A DNA stretch of 63,905 bases, filler included, from Chiloscyllium plagiosum (GCF_004010195.1; 6 parts of one record of this genome joined end to end with filler, not necessarily neighbours in it), one strand, 5' to 3'; counted from the whole stretch's first letter, positions 24,531 to 38,084 are shown. Translations and numbers: made by a program. The notes: a model not told the origin generated them from the letters alone.

Positions 24531-24704
24531 TCCTCACTTTTGCCGAGCATTTTAGCTGAGCCAATCCACCTTATGTGCAAATCTTTGGGCCGTGGGAGGA
24601 AACCGGAGCATCCAGAGGAAACCCACATAGACATGGGGAGAATGTGCATACTCCACCAAGACAGTCACCTGAGAGTGGAATCGTACCTGGTCCTTTGGCC
24701 ACAT

Positions 24705-25330
24705 CTCTTACCTTCAAGCCATTTTGTGTCCATTTGGCTAGCTATCTGGATCCTATGTAATCTGGTTTTACTAATCAGCTTACTATGCAGAACTTTGTCA
24801 AACACTTTGTTGATGTCCATGTAGACAATGTCTATTGTTCTGCCTTCATCAATGTTCTTTGTCATTGCTTCAAAAGAACTCAATCAAGTTTGTGAGATAT
24901 GATTTCCCATACACAAAGCCATGTCGATTATCCCTAATCAGCCCTTGCCTTTCCAAATGCACGTAAATCCTGTCCCTCAGAATCTGCTCCGACAACTTAC
25001 CCACCACTGAAGTAAGGCTCACCAGTCAATAGTTCCCTGGTTTTTCCTTATAGCCTTTCTCAAATAATGGCACAACATTAGCCAAGCATTATTCTTCCGG
25101 CACCTCACCCGTGGCTTCGATGATACAAGTATCTCAGCAAAGTACGCAGTAATCTCCTCCCAACCTTCCCACAAAGTTTTGGGAAATACCTGATCAGATA
25201 CTGGCGATTTATCTACCTTTATGCGTTTTAAGACCTCCAGCCCCTCCTCTTTTGTTATATGAACTCTTTTCAAGACATCAGTATTTATTTCCCCAAATTC
25301 CCTGACTTCGATGTCTTTCTTCATGGCAAG
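24705..25330 (-). mobile_element. CR1 RT fragment, preceded by a partial HE1-type SINE (~24545-24700)
   Basis: IKVDKSP..DQVFPK.L; IDEGRTIDIVYMD.NKVFDKV.H. Confidence 0.85.
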
Positions 25331-28300
25331 TACTGACCTGAAATGTTTTGGAGAGGCTGCAGGATGTTCTAGGGTGCAGAGAAGAGTGAACAACCACCTG
25401 TTTTGTTGCATTTACGCACCAACACTATCAGTGAAAAATGGGATGAAGTCCTACATCATGAATTGAGAGAGTTAGAAGTGAAAGCAAAAAGTAGGACCTC
25501 AAAAGTTAGTTATCTCGAGATTGCTACCAGTGCCACATGCTAGCCAGAGTAGATTAGATTCCCTACAGTGTGGAAACAGGCCCTTCGGACCAACCAGTCC
25601 ACACTGACCCTCTGAAGAGTAACCCACCCAGACCCATTTCCCTCTGACTAATGTACCTAACATTATGGGCAATTTAGCATGGCCAATTACCTGCACATCT
25701 TTGGACTGTGGGAGGAAACCGGAGCACCTGGAGGAAATCTATGCAGACACAGGGAGAATGTGCAAACTCCACACAGACAGTCGCCTGAGGCTGGAATCAA
25801 ACCCAGGACCCTGGTGCTGTAAGGCAGTGTGCTTACTGCTGAGCCACCATGCTGCCCTTTTTACAACAGATATAGTAGGAATGGCAGGATAGCTAAGATG
25901 AATATTGCTCTGCCTTTGTCATTTCTTCAAAAAAAGAATGATGCAAGAGGGAGGGATTCAAATTCCTGGACATTGGAACCCATTCCGAGGGAGTTGGGAC
26001 CAGTACAAACCAGACAGTCTACACCTGGGCAGGACTGGAACCAATGTCTTCAGGGGAATGTTTGCTTATGCTGTTGGAGACGGTTTAAACTAATGCAACA
26101 GGAGGATGGGAACCAATGCAGGAAGTCATTGGGAAGTAAAGTGGCAACGAAACAAAAGACAGTAATGGGATAAGTGAAGGCAGAGAATCCAAAGACAAAA
26201 CTCAAAAAGGGCCACATTTCTCAATGATTGTATAAGGGTAATAAATGTCAAAAACATTAGCCTAAAGGGTCTTGTTCTCAATGTGAGGCACATTTGTGAT
26301 AAAGTGGATGAATTAACTGCACAAACAGTTATTATTGGATATGATGTAATTGGGATCACAGAGAGCTGGCTGCAGGGTGACCAGGGATGGAAATTCAACA
26401 TCCAGGGCTATTCATAGAACATAGAACATTACAGCGCAGTACAGGTCCTTCGGCCCTCGATGTTGCGTCGCCCTGTCATATTAATCTGAAGCCCATCCCA
26501 CCTACACTATTCCATATGCGTCCATATGCCTGTCCAATGACGACTTAAATGCACTTAAACTTGGCAAATCTACTACCATTGCAGGCAAAGCATTCCATAC
26601 CCTTACTACTCTCTGAATTTTCAGGAAATACAGACAGAAATAAAAGAGAGGTAGTTTGGATTGCTGGTTAAGGAGGAGATTAACACAATAACAGTGGAGG
26701 ATATTCACCTGGATGATGTGAAATCGATATGGGTGGAGCTGCAGAACACCAAAGGGAAAAAAAACATTAGTGGGAGTAGTGTACAGACCTGCAAACAGTA
26801 GCTGTGATGCTGGTGGACTATATAAAACAGGAAATTAGAGATGCACGCAGCAAGAGTACAGCAGTTACTATGGTGACTTCAATCTACATATTGATTCGAC
26901 TAACCAAACTGGTAGCTATGCAATGGAGGAGGATTTCCTGGAATGTATGAGGGATGGTTTCCTTTATCAATATATCAAGGAACCAACTAGAGAGCAAGCC
27001 ATCCTAGACTGTGTATTGTGTAACAAGCTGAAAATGTGTTGCTGGAACAGCGCAGCAGGTCAGGCAGCATCCAGGGAACAGGAGAATCGACGTTTCGGGC
27101 ATAAGCCCTTCTTCAGGAAACTTTCAGGTAACAAGTGAGAGTTAATTAGCAACATTGTGGTGTAAGATTCTTTGGGGAAGAGTGACCATAATATAGGAGA
27201 ATTCTTCATTAAGATGGACAAAATTAAATATGAAACTAGGGTCCTGAACTTAAAGAAAGCTAACTTTGATGGTATGAAGCATGCGTTGGCTAGGATAAAC
27301 TGGCCAAGAATGCTTAAGGGGTTAACGGTGGATAGGCAATGGCAGGCATTTAAAGAACACATGGATGAACTTCAACAATTGTACATCCCGGTCTAGTGTA
27401 AGTGGAAAACAGGGAAGGTGGCTCAACCATGGCTAACAAGAGAAATCAGGAACAGGGTTAAAGCCAAACAGGAGGCATAAAAATTGGCCAGAAATTGCAG
27501 CAAGCCCGAGGACTGGGAGAAAATTAAAATTCAGCAAAATAGGACAAAGGGTTTAATTTGGTAAGGAAAAGTAGAATATGAAAGTAAGATTGTAGAAAAC
27601 AAAAACTGACTGCAAACACTTCTGTAGTTACTTGAAGAGAAAAAGACTGGTGAAGACAAATGTAGGTCCCTTGCAGTTAGAATCAGGTGACTTCATAATG
27701 GACAACAAAAAAATGTCAGACTAGTTGAATAAATACCTTGGATCTGTCTTCACTAAAGATGATACAGATAATCCAGGAAATGCCAAGGGTCCAAGCTTTA
27801 AGGAAAACTGAAGGAAATCCTTATGATTCGGGGAAACTGATGAGACTAAAACCTGATAAGTCCCCAGGATCTGATACTCTGCATCCCAGAGTTCTTAAGG
27901 ATGTGGCCCTAGAAACAACGAATGCATTAGTGATCATTTTCCAGCATTCTGTAGACTCTGGAAGAGTTCCAATGGACTGGAGGGTAGCTGTAACTCCACC
28001 ATTTAAAAATGGAGGCAGAGAGAAAATGGGGAATTATAAGTTGGTTATAATCGGTGGTGGGCAAAATGTTGGAGTCAAATCATAAAGGATATAATAACTG
28101 AGCATTTGGAAAGCAGTGACACAGTCGGTCCAAGTCAGCATGGATTCAGTAAAGGGAAATCATGCTTGAAAAGTCTTCTGGAATTTTTTGGGGATGTCAC
28201 CAGTTGAATAGGCAATGGTGAATCAGTAGATGTTATGTACCTGGTCTTTCAAAAGACTTTTGACAAGATCCCACTCAAGAGATTAGTAAAGAAAACTAAA

Positions 28301-29390
28301 ACTCAGGGTATCGGAGGTAATGTATTGACAAGGATGGAGAACTGTTTGGCAGACAGGAAGCCGAGAGGTGGAATAATGGGTCCATAATGGAGTACCACAG
28401 GTTTCAGTGCTGGACACCAGCTGTTCACAACATACATTAATGATTTGGACGAAAGAATTGAAAGCCATATCTCCAAAGTTGCAGACAACACAAAGCTGGG
28501 TGGCAGTGTGTGCTGTGAGGAGAATGCTAAGAGGCTGTAGGATGACTTGGACAGACTGGCTGAGTCAGCAAGTACTTGGCAAATGCAAGAAAATGTGGAT
28601 AAATGTGAGGTTATTCACTTTGGTCACAAAAGCAGGAAGGCAGATGATTATCTGAATAGTGGCAGCTTAGGAAAAGTTGAGGTGCAACGAGACCGGGGTT
28701 TCATGATGGAACAGTCGCTGAAGGTTGGTACTCAGGCAGTGAGGAAAGTTACTGGCATGTTCTCCTTCATAGCAACAGGATTTAAGTATATCGGAGTAAG
28801 CAGTTAGACAGGGCCTTGGTGAGGCCACACTTTGAGTATTGTGTGCAGTTTTGATCTCTTAGTCTGAGAAAGGACATTCTCGTTATTGAGGGAGCCCAAC
28901 AAAGGTTCACAAGACTGATTCCTAGGATGACAAGACTGACATATGAGGAAAGATTGGATTGACTGGGCTTGTATTCACTGGAATTTAGAAGAATATGGGG
29001 GGAACTCAGAAACATAAAATCCTGTTGAGACTGGATAGGTTAGATGTGGGAAGAATGTTCCCAATGTTGGGGAACTCCAGAAGAAGGGGTCACAATCTCT
29101 GAATAAGGAGCAAACCATTCAGGACTGAGATGAGGAAGAATTTCTTCACTCTGAGAGTTGTGAACCTGCAGAATTCTCTCCCACAGGAAGCTGTCATGGC
29201 CAGTTCATTAGATAGATTCAAGAGGGAGCTGGACATGGCCCATGTAGCTCAAGGGATCAAGGGGTATAGGGAGATGGTGGGAAAGGGATACAGAGATTGC
29301 GTGATCAGCCATGATCATACCGAATGGTGGAACAGGCTTGAATAGCCGAATGGCCTATCCCCACACCTATTTTCTATGTTTCTATGTTTA
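25330..29390 (+). mobile_element. Long degraded CR1 (ORF1 esterase remnant, ORF2 endonuclease/RT, 3' UTR) with nested insertions
   Basis: WDQYKPDSLHL; IGITESWL; GKSDHN; LKPDKSPGSD.LHPRVLK; NVDKCEVIHFG; FFTLRVVNL; TTTCTATG tail. Nested HE1 25550-25857, CR1 tail 26414-26615, Penelope terminal repeat 27028-27127 (TSD GTAACAAG). Confidence 0.9.
25550..25857 (-). mobile_element. HE1-type V-SINE, full length
   Basis: tRNA head GGTGGCTCAG...GGTT.GATTCC, V-domain GTGTGGAGTTTGCACATTCTCCC, CR1-like tail, (TAATC)n end. Confidence 0.9.
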
Positions 29391-29884
29391 ATATTTCACC
29401 CATCTCTTTTGGTTCCACACATAGACTGCCATGTTCAACTTTAAGGGACCCTTTCTCTCCCGAGTCATGCTTTTGCTTGCCAGTGGATTGATAATCTCTT
29501 TATTGTCATTTTGTGAGGTGAACTAGCTAATGGCTAATTCTAGGGTCAGTCTGAAATTGGTGTCTATGAGGGTGTTGATGCTCATTACACACCCATCCCA
29601 CCCACCTGCAAGCTGTTTTCACTTAAACTCACTAATCCCTCGCCCCAACTATTATCCTCCCTTCAATCCAACACTCCCCCAGCATTTGGTAGCATATTCA
29701 ATTGAGGGGAGCATGACAGTGCAGTCCAATCATGCTTAACCTGGAAAACTGTCTGTCCACATTTCCAACACAGATAACACAAACTGACCTGAAGGGGAAT
29801 CCTGGTTCGTTTTCATTTTCCAAATGCAGAGCAACTTGGATAGAAATCAGTATGATCCTGCTTTCTTTGTTTCATTTATTTCAC

Positions 29885-30570
29885 CTACTTTTCTAATCAA
29901 CATGTTCAGGGATGTTATTACATGTGGGGCTTGAACCCAGACATCCCGATCCAGGGGTAGAGACACTACCGCTGTGCCACAAGAGGGACTTCTGGGCCTG
30001 CATTTTTTCCATTAACTTATTTTTCTAATTAACCTGTTCAGAGATGTTATTATACACCTCTGGAGCAGGTGGGACTGGAACCCAGGCCTCCTAGTTCATG
30101 GGTAGGGACACCACCACTGCACCACAAGAGAGCCCTCTGGGCCTGATTTCTGTTGCTGTACAAACAACTTACACCAGCACCAAAGGGTCCAAGGATAATT
30201 AGAAATTGATCCTCAGTCTTTATTAATCAGTACAAATGACTGACACCTATTGTACCTGCAGCACACATGTAAAACAAATTTCCATCAGAAACCTTCATGT
30301 GTGTTCACAAAGAGAATGTAATGCCTGAGTGGTCAGTGGGGGTTGAGGGCTGTGGTGAAGGATGGTGGAAATTTGGGAGTGCACTGCTGAATAAAAGGGA
30401 AGAACTTGCTTTTATTTGACAGTTGCAGATTGCTACTCATTAGTCAATACAAAAACTGTGTACTTATTTTCTAATCCAGCTATTCACAGATGTTATTACT
30501 CACCTCTGGCCCAGGTAAAACTTAGCTCAGACCTCCTAGATCAGACCTACTATCGCACCACAAGAGCCCT
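29885..30570 (-). repeat. Cluster of three short tRNA-derived SINE units (two in direct tandem)
   Basis: Units ~29885-30000, ~30018-30145 and ~30468-30570 read CTCTTGTGG(C/T)(A/G)C...GGTAG...GGGTTC.AG.CCCAC...TAATAACATC.CTGAACA.GTT.ATTAGAAAA. Confidence 0.7.
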
Positions 30571-33058
30571 CAACTGAAAAATTGGCCCATAAAATTAGTA
30601 GTGGGACTAACATTGTGCAGGCTGCCCAAATGCGTATGCTTGATGCTGACTTTGCACCCAAATAAACAGATGCAGAACATACCAAGTTTGTCATCATTGT
30701 CCAACTGTGGGGTCCTGGTTAGCTCAGTTGGTTAGGCAGCTAGCACATGGATAACAGCAACAGTTTATTCCTGTTCGAGCTCTGTTTTGCCTCCTCAAAC
30801 TACCTATAGGATAAAAAAAACACCAAGGGCCTGGCTTCTAACAGAAAACTGAAGAACAATTGTCACAGTAGATGTGATTAGTTAACAGAGAGACTGACTG
30901 AAAATATTCACTAAACTGAGGGGGGCACCCAGAATCACACAAACTGCAAGGCATTGCTTAGATCTTAGGTGCTGGCTATCAATATTAATATTGTTTTGCT
31001 GCATTTCTGCAATGTATACATAGAAAATCCCAACCACAATGATCAAACACTGGTATGATCTATTTGTCCATTCACTTTGTGATATATTTCCATTTTATTA
31101 TTTTCCTTCTTATATCTTGCCTCTTGTTGTGGTCAGAAAACTAAAGGGTTCCAGGCTCCTGGCACCTGCATCAATCCAAAATGGGTAATGGTCACTAAGA
31201 CTTTATAACTGCAACTGGGATATCGTCGTAGTTCATAGGTCGCACTGCATTAAATTGCAAGAGGATGTAAGGAGGAGCCTGTTTTGAACCATTAAGATGC
31301 GTTATCCATGTATGGTGCTTTGCCATAGTTTTAATCATGAAACTGCTCCTGCTGTTGCAGAGCAGGATCAGAGATCGACACTTCAAATCTACTTAAATAA
31401 TGGATGGGAACCTCATTAGAGGATATGTGTGCTCAACCTGGTTTTATAATAAGTGCGGATGAGTCTTCATCCTGAATTATTTATGAGTACCTACATCATT
31501 CACAAAGAAATAAAAAGGGCCTGGTATTATACAGATTTTTGAACAATATTTCAATGCGTAAGCGAACCTTTTTTCTCAAAACAGAATTCAGGGCTTTAAT
31601 TAAACCTAATGAATGGAATGTAAAATTATACAACTGATCTGGTGAATTTCTGGTGAATAGGTTTGTTTGAATTAGTTCTCTCTCGATTTTCAATGTTGTG
31701 ATTTCCATGCATAGACCAGGAAGGCAAAGTCATCTATAAGTCTGCTTTAATTTTTAAAGGAAGTAGATTTAGCGATGTGAAACCAGGAGTCAGAGCATTG
31801 ATGCTAGAATCTGAAAAATAGTATCATTGGTATCAAAACATTCTGTTCACGCTGGACTGTTAAGAATTGACAATGTTATTGTGGAATAGGGTTTTAAGCA
31901 TCAGTTAATACTGATTAAATAGTATACACATTAGTTGATGAAGGATCCCAGCCTTTTCTACACTGGTAGGCTGAATCAAATTTTATTTAGATAATCAAGC
32001 AGAATTTTTGGTGCTTGGTTAACGTGGGTAAAAATGAGAAAATTGAAGAAGTACAGTGAAAATTGAAAGATCAGATTCTTGACAAAGAGAAAAAGAAATC
32101 CAATTTTCCCCTTGGGGTTAAAAATAGAGTTCTGAATCTCACTAATAAGTGGTGGCTATCTTATTTCCATGCATTTACACCCCATTGTTATTTTTACCTG
32201 TCTCATTTCTATTTTAGTTCTCCTCTCCTTCCCCTAGAAGCAAGTCGATGTGAATATCTGACAAGAAAGAAGTGGTTACCTGGTTACCTTGCATTTTTGG
32301 GTCTTCAGAAAAAAGCCTGTCATCTTCACCAAAATATTCTTGCATGCTTTGTGAATGCTGTTCTCTTCCACTCTTCATCTATACATGTTAGCATCAGAAA
32401 ATCACAATCCTCACTCATCACATCAGCCTTCAGATCAACTCAGATACTATTTCAGTCCTTCAAGCTTTCATAGAAGAGCTCAGCATCACTTATAACATAT
32501 GTTTTACTGCCACGTTGCTTTGTCCACAGGGGCACACACACATCTCATGCATCTACACAGGATGCATCATATGGCTCTTACCTCAATTTCTTCCACTCAC
32601 ACACTAACTTTGCTCTGGTTTTGAAGCTGTCAGCTTATGGGGCTTGCATTGCAGTGCAGAGGAAGAGGCAGGCTGCTGAACAATCGAAGGGCTGGGCACA
32701 TTGGTATATGGAAGTAATGTCACATTTACAGCATAAGCCAGCAGTTTACATGGCAAACACGCTTCATGTGCTTCAAACAAAAGACCATATGTCTGAATGG
32801 ATCATTTGGGTGAAGTGGACTACAATCAGTGAGGGGATGCTGGTAAAGTCAAGTAAGAGGCTCGTCTGATTATAGGACATGGTGTTGTCCATGATTAATC
32901 AAGCATTTGGTCCTCCCAGAATGTGGAAATCAGTGTTTTTACTTGGCCACAGTTTGAGTTGTAGTACATAAAATTAGAGAAACAGCTGGCCTGGCAAGTA
33001 TGAGGCAACAAAGAGAAAATGGTTGCACTCGCCTTTGCACAGGGTAGATGATGATTCA

Positions 33059-33229
33059 AGGAGCAGGAAAATCGACATTTCGGGCAAAAGCCCTTCATCC
33101 GGAAGGGCTTTTGCTTGAAACATTGATTTTCCTGCTCCTCGGATGCTGCCTGACCTGCTGTGCTTTTCCAGCACTACTCTAATCTTGACTCTAACCTCTA
33201 GCATCTGCAGTACCTACGTTCGCCTGGAA
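33059..33229. mobile_element. Fold-back Penelope terminal repeat, 9-bp TSD
   Basis: Inverted arms around GCCCTTCATCCGGAAGGGC; TSD GATGATTCA at 33050-33058 and 33230-33238. Confidence 0.85.
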
Positions 33230-34694
33230 GATGATTCATCTTTTTCTTGCAACTGCTGTGTGTTGCGTCTCCCCCCAGGACACTAGACTGACCCAGATCA
33301 CTATCTCAGTCCAGACTGGCTGAGTCTGATGGAGTGGCCTCCTTTGGCAGTCAACAGGAAAATGGAGAGATATCCTCCCCCATCATCCCACCCACCAGCA
33401 TCTCCAGGATCCTCTCCGCAAAGGGTTTTTTCCCGAGCTGTCTCCTCAGGGATAACTCTGGAACAATATAATGTGAGTGGGGTACCTCCTGGCTCACAGC
33501 ATCTGAAAAGCTGTAGAGTTGAGATTCAAATATGGCACTAGAGGTAAGAACATCACAAAGTTCCGGCAGTGCCAATCATTTCTGCCTGTCCTGCTGGAGA
33601 CTCCACACAACAGACACTGAAGAAGCCTGTTGCATAATTAATGAGATAAAGAATGAAAAATTGCTTGAGAAACGTTGTCTGGACACCACGAATTTCACTC
33701 GAAAACATGATTTGTCAAAAAGTGGAAAAATTCAGACCATCGGTGGATATGAGTTGAAGGGTAGAACTATGGTAAAAAGAAATTGGAGACAATAGAATTA
33801 GAAATCTTAAATAAAAAGAAAATAATAACAAAGCTAGATAAAGAAAATAGTACAAGGAATAATGAATAATAAATGTAAGAAGAATTCAACAGCAAAGGAA
33901 ATGAAGATTAGTTGAGAGTTTTCCTTAGAATTTCAAGATCCGAGTAGTATCACAGTACACAGTACACAGTAAAGTGTTAGCTAACCATGTTTTCAAGTGT
34001 GCAAACAATGAATTTTATAATAAAATCTTATTCTAAGAAAAAGTGGGAAATATATAAAAAGTCACTTTAAAAAGAGAAGTAAAGAAGAGAGGCTAGATTG
34101 TCCAAAAGCGTTATCAAAATTCACTATGAAGAGAAAAGAATTAGTCAGTGAAGAATTGTAATACACTGATGGGGGTCTCTATCTAATATAATTCATTGAC
34201 CTATTGCCCATATCATACAGAAAGCAACGTGTTCTAAGTCAATGCAAATATATTTGGGAATGATACATGATAGTAATAAGCAGTAATTCAGGCCAAAGCC
34301 TAATGTCAAATTGAATCAAATGATATCAGATTAATGACGCTATCTCGATAGATAATGAAAACATTTTTTCCAGGAGATCCAGTTGGATGACAGATAATCC
34401 AAAGCTTTATAAAAAGAATTATGATTAGATTGACGTCTTGTTTTACAAATTTTATGGTAGAGGAGCAGTTACTTTTATTCATAACCATTTACTCTCAATG
34501 CTACAGCTAGTGACAAAGTGATTTCATTATAGTTGACTGAAATAGCAAGCATTTATTGTCTTGCATTTGATTCTGATAAGGAATCCAGTTATTTGTTACT
34601 TTTTAGTTAAATGATATTGAAATAACTCCAAGGGATAGGTATCCCATCACCAAATCACCCTTTATTTACATGTGCATCATATTTAACACTGGGG

Positions 34695-35190
34695 TTAAAA
34701 AATGTGATGCTGGAAAAACACAGCAGGCCAGGCAGCATCCGAGGAGCAGGAGAATCGAAGTTTCGGGCATAAGCCCTTCTTCAGGAATGAGGAGGGTGTG
34801 CCAGGCGGACTGAGATAAAAGGTATGGGGGAGGGGATTTGGGGTAGGGATGCTGGGAATACGATAGGTGGAAGGAGGTGAGGGTGAAGGTGATAGGCTGG
34901 AGAGGGAGTGGGGGCGGAGAGGTCGGGAAGAAGATTGCAGGTCAAGAGGGCGGTGCTGAATCCGGGGGTTGAGACTGAGATAAGGTTGGGGGGAGGAGGC
35001 CAAGGACCTGCATATACTTGGCGGAGTGGGAGGGGGAGTTGAAGTGTTCAGTCACGGGACGGTTGGGTTGGTTGGTCCGGATGTCCCAGAGGTAATCCCT
35101 GAAACATTCCACAAATAGGCGGCCTGTCTGCCCAATGGAGAGGAGACCAGGTGCAACGTATATAGTAAATGAAGTGTGTGGAGGTGCAGC
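34695..35190 (-). mobile_element. Neptune-type Penelope 3' fragment (GIY-YIG remnant plus terminal repeat)
   Basis: LL.IGQTGRLFVECFRDYL...PVTEHFNSPSHS; CTGAAGAAGGGCTTATGCCCGAAAC core. Confidence 0.85.
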
Positions 35191-35312
35191 TGAATTTGCT
35201 GCCCACACACCGNNNNNNNNNNNNNNNNNNNNNNNNNNNNNNNNNNNNNNNNNNNNTTAATTAATTAANNNNNNNNNNNNNNNNNNNNNNNNNNNNNNNN
35301 NNNNNNNNNNNN

Positions 35313-35697
35313 TGAGGGGTGACCTTATAGAGGTTTACAAAATTATGAGGGGCATGGATAGGATAAATAGACAAAGTCTTTTCCCTGGTGTCAGGGAGTC
35401 CAGAACTAGAGGGCATAGGTTTAGGGTGAGAGGGGAAAGATATGAAAGAGACCTACGGGGCAACTTTTTCACACAGAGGGTGGTACGTGCATGGAATGTG
35501 CTGCCAGACGAAGTGGTGGAGGCTGGTACAATTGCAACATTTAAAAGGCATTTGGATGGATATATGAACAGGAAGGGTTTGGAGGGATATGGGCTGTGTG
35601 CTGGCAGGTGGGACTAGATTGGGTTGATATATCTGATCGGTATGGACGGGTTGGACCAAAGAGTCTGTTTCTATGCTGCACATCTCTATGACTCTAC
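35313..35697 (+). mobile_element. Young CR1 3' end
   Basis: Near-identical to 293-684. Confidence 0.93.
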
Positions 35698-36131
35698 GTT
35701 TTCAAATGACATAAAATTTGGTGGTGAGGGAAATCACCAGGAGGAAAGCCTTTGGCTGCAGGACAACAGAAATGGGCTGGTCAGATGGGCTTAGCAGTGG
35801 CAAGTGGAATTTAATCCTGAAAAGTGGGAGGTGATGCATTTGGGGGGGAAGAATAAAGCCAGTCAGTAAACATTAAATGGAGGATCTTAATGTCAGAGGA
35901 TTCTTGATACGCATGTCCAAAGAATCTTGACAGAATCAGGACAGGTAGATAACAAGGCATATGGAGTACTTGGCTGTTTTAATCAAGGCATTGAATATAA
36001 GAACAAGGAAATTATGATGGAGCTGTATATGACATTAGTTAAGCTACTGCAGTGCTGTCTGCAGTTCTGTTACCACATTATAGGAAGGATGTGATTACAC
36101 TAGAAACGATGACGAGGAAATTTAAAGGGAT

Positions 36132-37070
36132 TTAGGGTGTAGGTTTGCTCACTGAGCTGTAGGTTTGATATCCAGACGTTTCATTACCTGACTAGGTAAC
36201 ATCATCAGTGGCAACCTCCAAGTGAAGCGAAGCAGTTGTCTCCTGCTTTCTATTTATATCTTTCTCCTGGATGGGGTTCCTGGGGTTTGTGGTGATGTCA
36301 TTTCCTGCTTGCTTTTTGAGAGGTTGATAGATGGCATCTAGATCTATGTGTTTGTTTATGGCGTTGTGGTTGGAGTGCCAGGCCTCCAGGAATTCTCTGG
36401 CATGTCTTTGCTTAGCCTGTCCCAGGATAGATGTGTTGTCCCAGTTGAAATGGTGGGTTTTTTCATCCGTGTGTAGGGCAACGAGGGAGAGAGGGTCTTG
36501 TCTTTTTGTGGCTAGCTGGTGTTCGTGTATCCTGGTGGCTAACTTTCTTCTTGTTTGTCCTAAGTAGTGTTTGTGGCAGTTCTTGCATGGAATTTTGTAG
36601 ATAACATTAGTTTTGTCCATGGGTTGTACTGGGTCTTTTAAGTTTGTTAGTTTTTGTTTGAGAGTGTTGGTGGGTTTGTGTGCTACTAGGACCAAATGCT
36701 TAACTACACCAGTAACCATCCCAACACAAACGAAGCTGTATCAGAACACTATTCCAACGAGCTACCACACACTGCAGCACAGACGAACTTCGAAAAACAG
36801 AGGAGAACCACCTATACGACGTATTTAAGAGGAACGGATACTCAAAAAACACAGTGCGCAGATTGCTCAAGAACAAACCACAACAAGCAGCCAAAACACA
36901 GCCAGAAACCCTAACCACCTTACCATATATCAAAGAAGTTTCAGAAATGACAGCCAGACTACTGAGACCCCTCGGAATCCTAGTAACGTCTGGATATCAA
37001 ACCTACAGCTCAGTGAGCAAACCTACACCCTAAACTTCAACCTGAGCTACAAACCTTCACAAACCTTGCG
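36132..37070 (-). mobile_element. Penelope/Poseidon-type element: GIY-YIG 3' end (-), inverted internal piece and inverted terminal repeat (+)
   Basis: ORF 36192-36719 AHKPTNTL...NVIYKIPCKNCHKHYLGQT.RKLATRIHEH...AREFLEAWH; TLPYIK motif on plus near 36917; TSD-like ATTTAAAGGGAT (36120-36131) / ATTCACAGGGAT (37071-37082). Confidence 0.9.
36172..36211 (-). ncRNA. Minimal hammerhead ribozyme, family 3, overlapping the GIY-YIG ORF end
   Basis: CCA-CUGAUGA-U-GUUACC(UAGUCA)GGUAAU-GAAACGUC-UGG. Confidence 0.72.
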
Positions 37071-38084
37071 ATTCACAGGGATATTGTCTGAGCAACCAAA
37101 AAGAGGCACTAGATGGGCTAAGGTTTATTTTCCTGGAGTAGAAAAAGCTGAGTGGTAATTTGATTGAATTGTACAAAGTTATAATGCATAGAGATAGGAT
37201 AGATAGGAAAAAAAACTGTTTTCCCCTTTGTAGGCCAACCATGATCCCATTGAAGGGTGGAACAGGCTCAAGCGGCACAATGACCTACTACTTTTCCAAT
37301 TTTTCCATGCTCTTAGAGGGGTCAGTAAACAGGGGACACAGCTTTAAGACAAGAAGATGAGGGTTCAGAGGAGATTTGAGGAAAGGGGGCTTTTCACCTG
37401 GAGAGTACTGGTTATGTGGAATTCACTCTCTATGAGGGTGGTAGAGGCAGGAAACACCAAGACATTTAAGAAGTATTTAGATGAACATTTGAAGTACCAT
37501 AGCATACAAAGCCTTGGGACAAGTACGAGAAGATACAATTAGAATATATATATGTTTGATGACTGGCACGCACAAGATGGCTGCAAGGCCTTTTTTCCAA
37601 TGCTGTAAAGAGCCTATTGCTCTATTCTGTTTTCTTATTGCTGTTATAAACTCACAAAAAGTTAAACCTATTCTATCACTGACATGTTGATCAAGATCAG
37701 AGTAATGACAACTAACCAATACTGAAATCATAATTTTGTACTTGTGTCCCAACATCCTGGATAATAAGGAAAGTTCAGTGGTGAAAATATAGGCTTTTGA
37801 AATGTGGATGTAATGTAGGCTAAACATTCCCTGTACAGATGATGAGAAAAATGAAGGGGTGCTTGAAATTGCAATAGCATGAAGACTTCCAGCTTCCAGA
37901 AGATGTAAGTATTTCAGCACTGAGAAGCTACACAGACCTCCTCTTTGAGGGCAATATGAGAGAGCAGCAGAAAGAGAGGGCAAACGAGGGAGAGCTCAAT
38001 AAAATGAAGTGGTTGCACATGTGCGACAAACCTTTTGTGAGAGTCGATCTCTTGGCAACACAAACAACAACATTTTTTAAGTAG

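Larger units (their letters stand above)
35700..37620 (+). mobile_element. Old CR1 RT/3' fragment hosting the Poseidon-type insertion
   Basis: FNPEKWEVMHLG; QF..PHYRKDV; IELYKVIM; FTWRVLVMWNSL. Confidence 0.75.

Noticed and set aside
37839..37923. C/D box snoRNA candidate (ATGATGA...CTGA, 85 nt) or small exon
   Set aside because: No terminal stem, no recognisable rRNA/snRNA guide, and the exon reading is closed in all frames.
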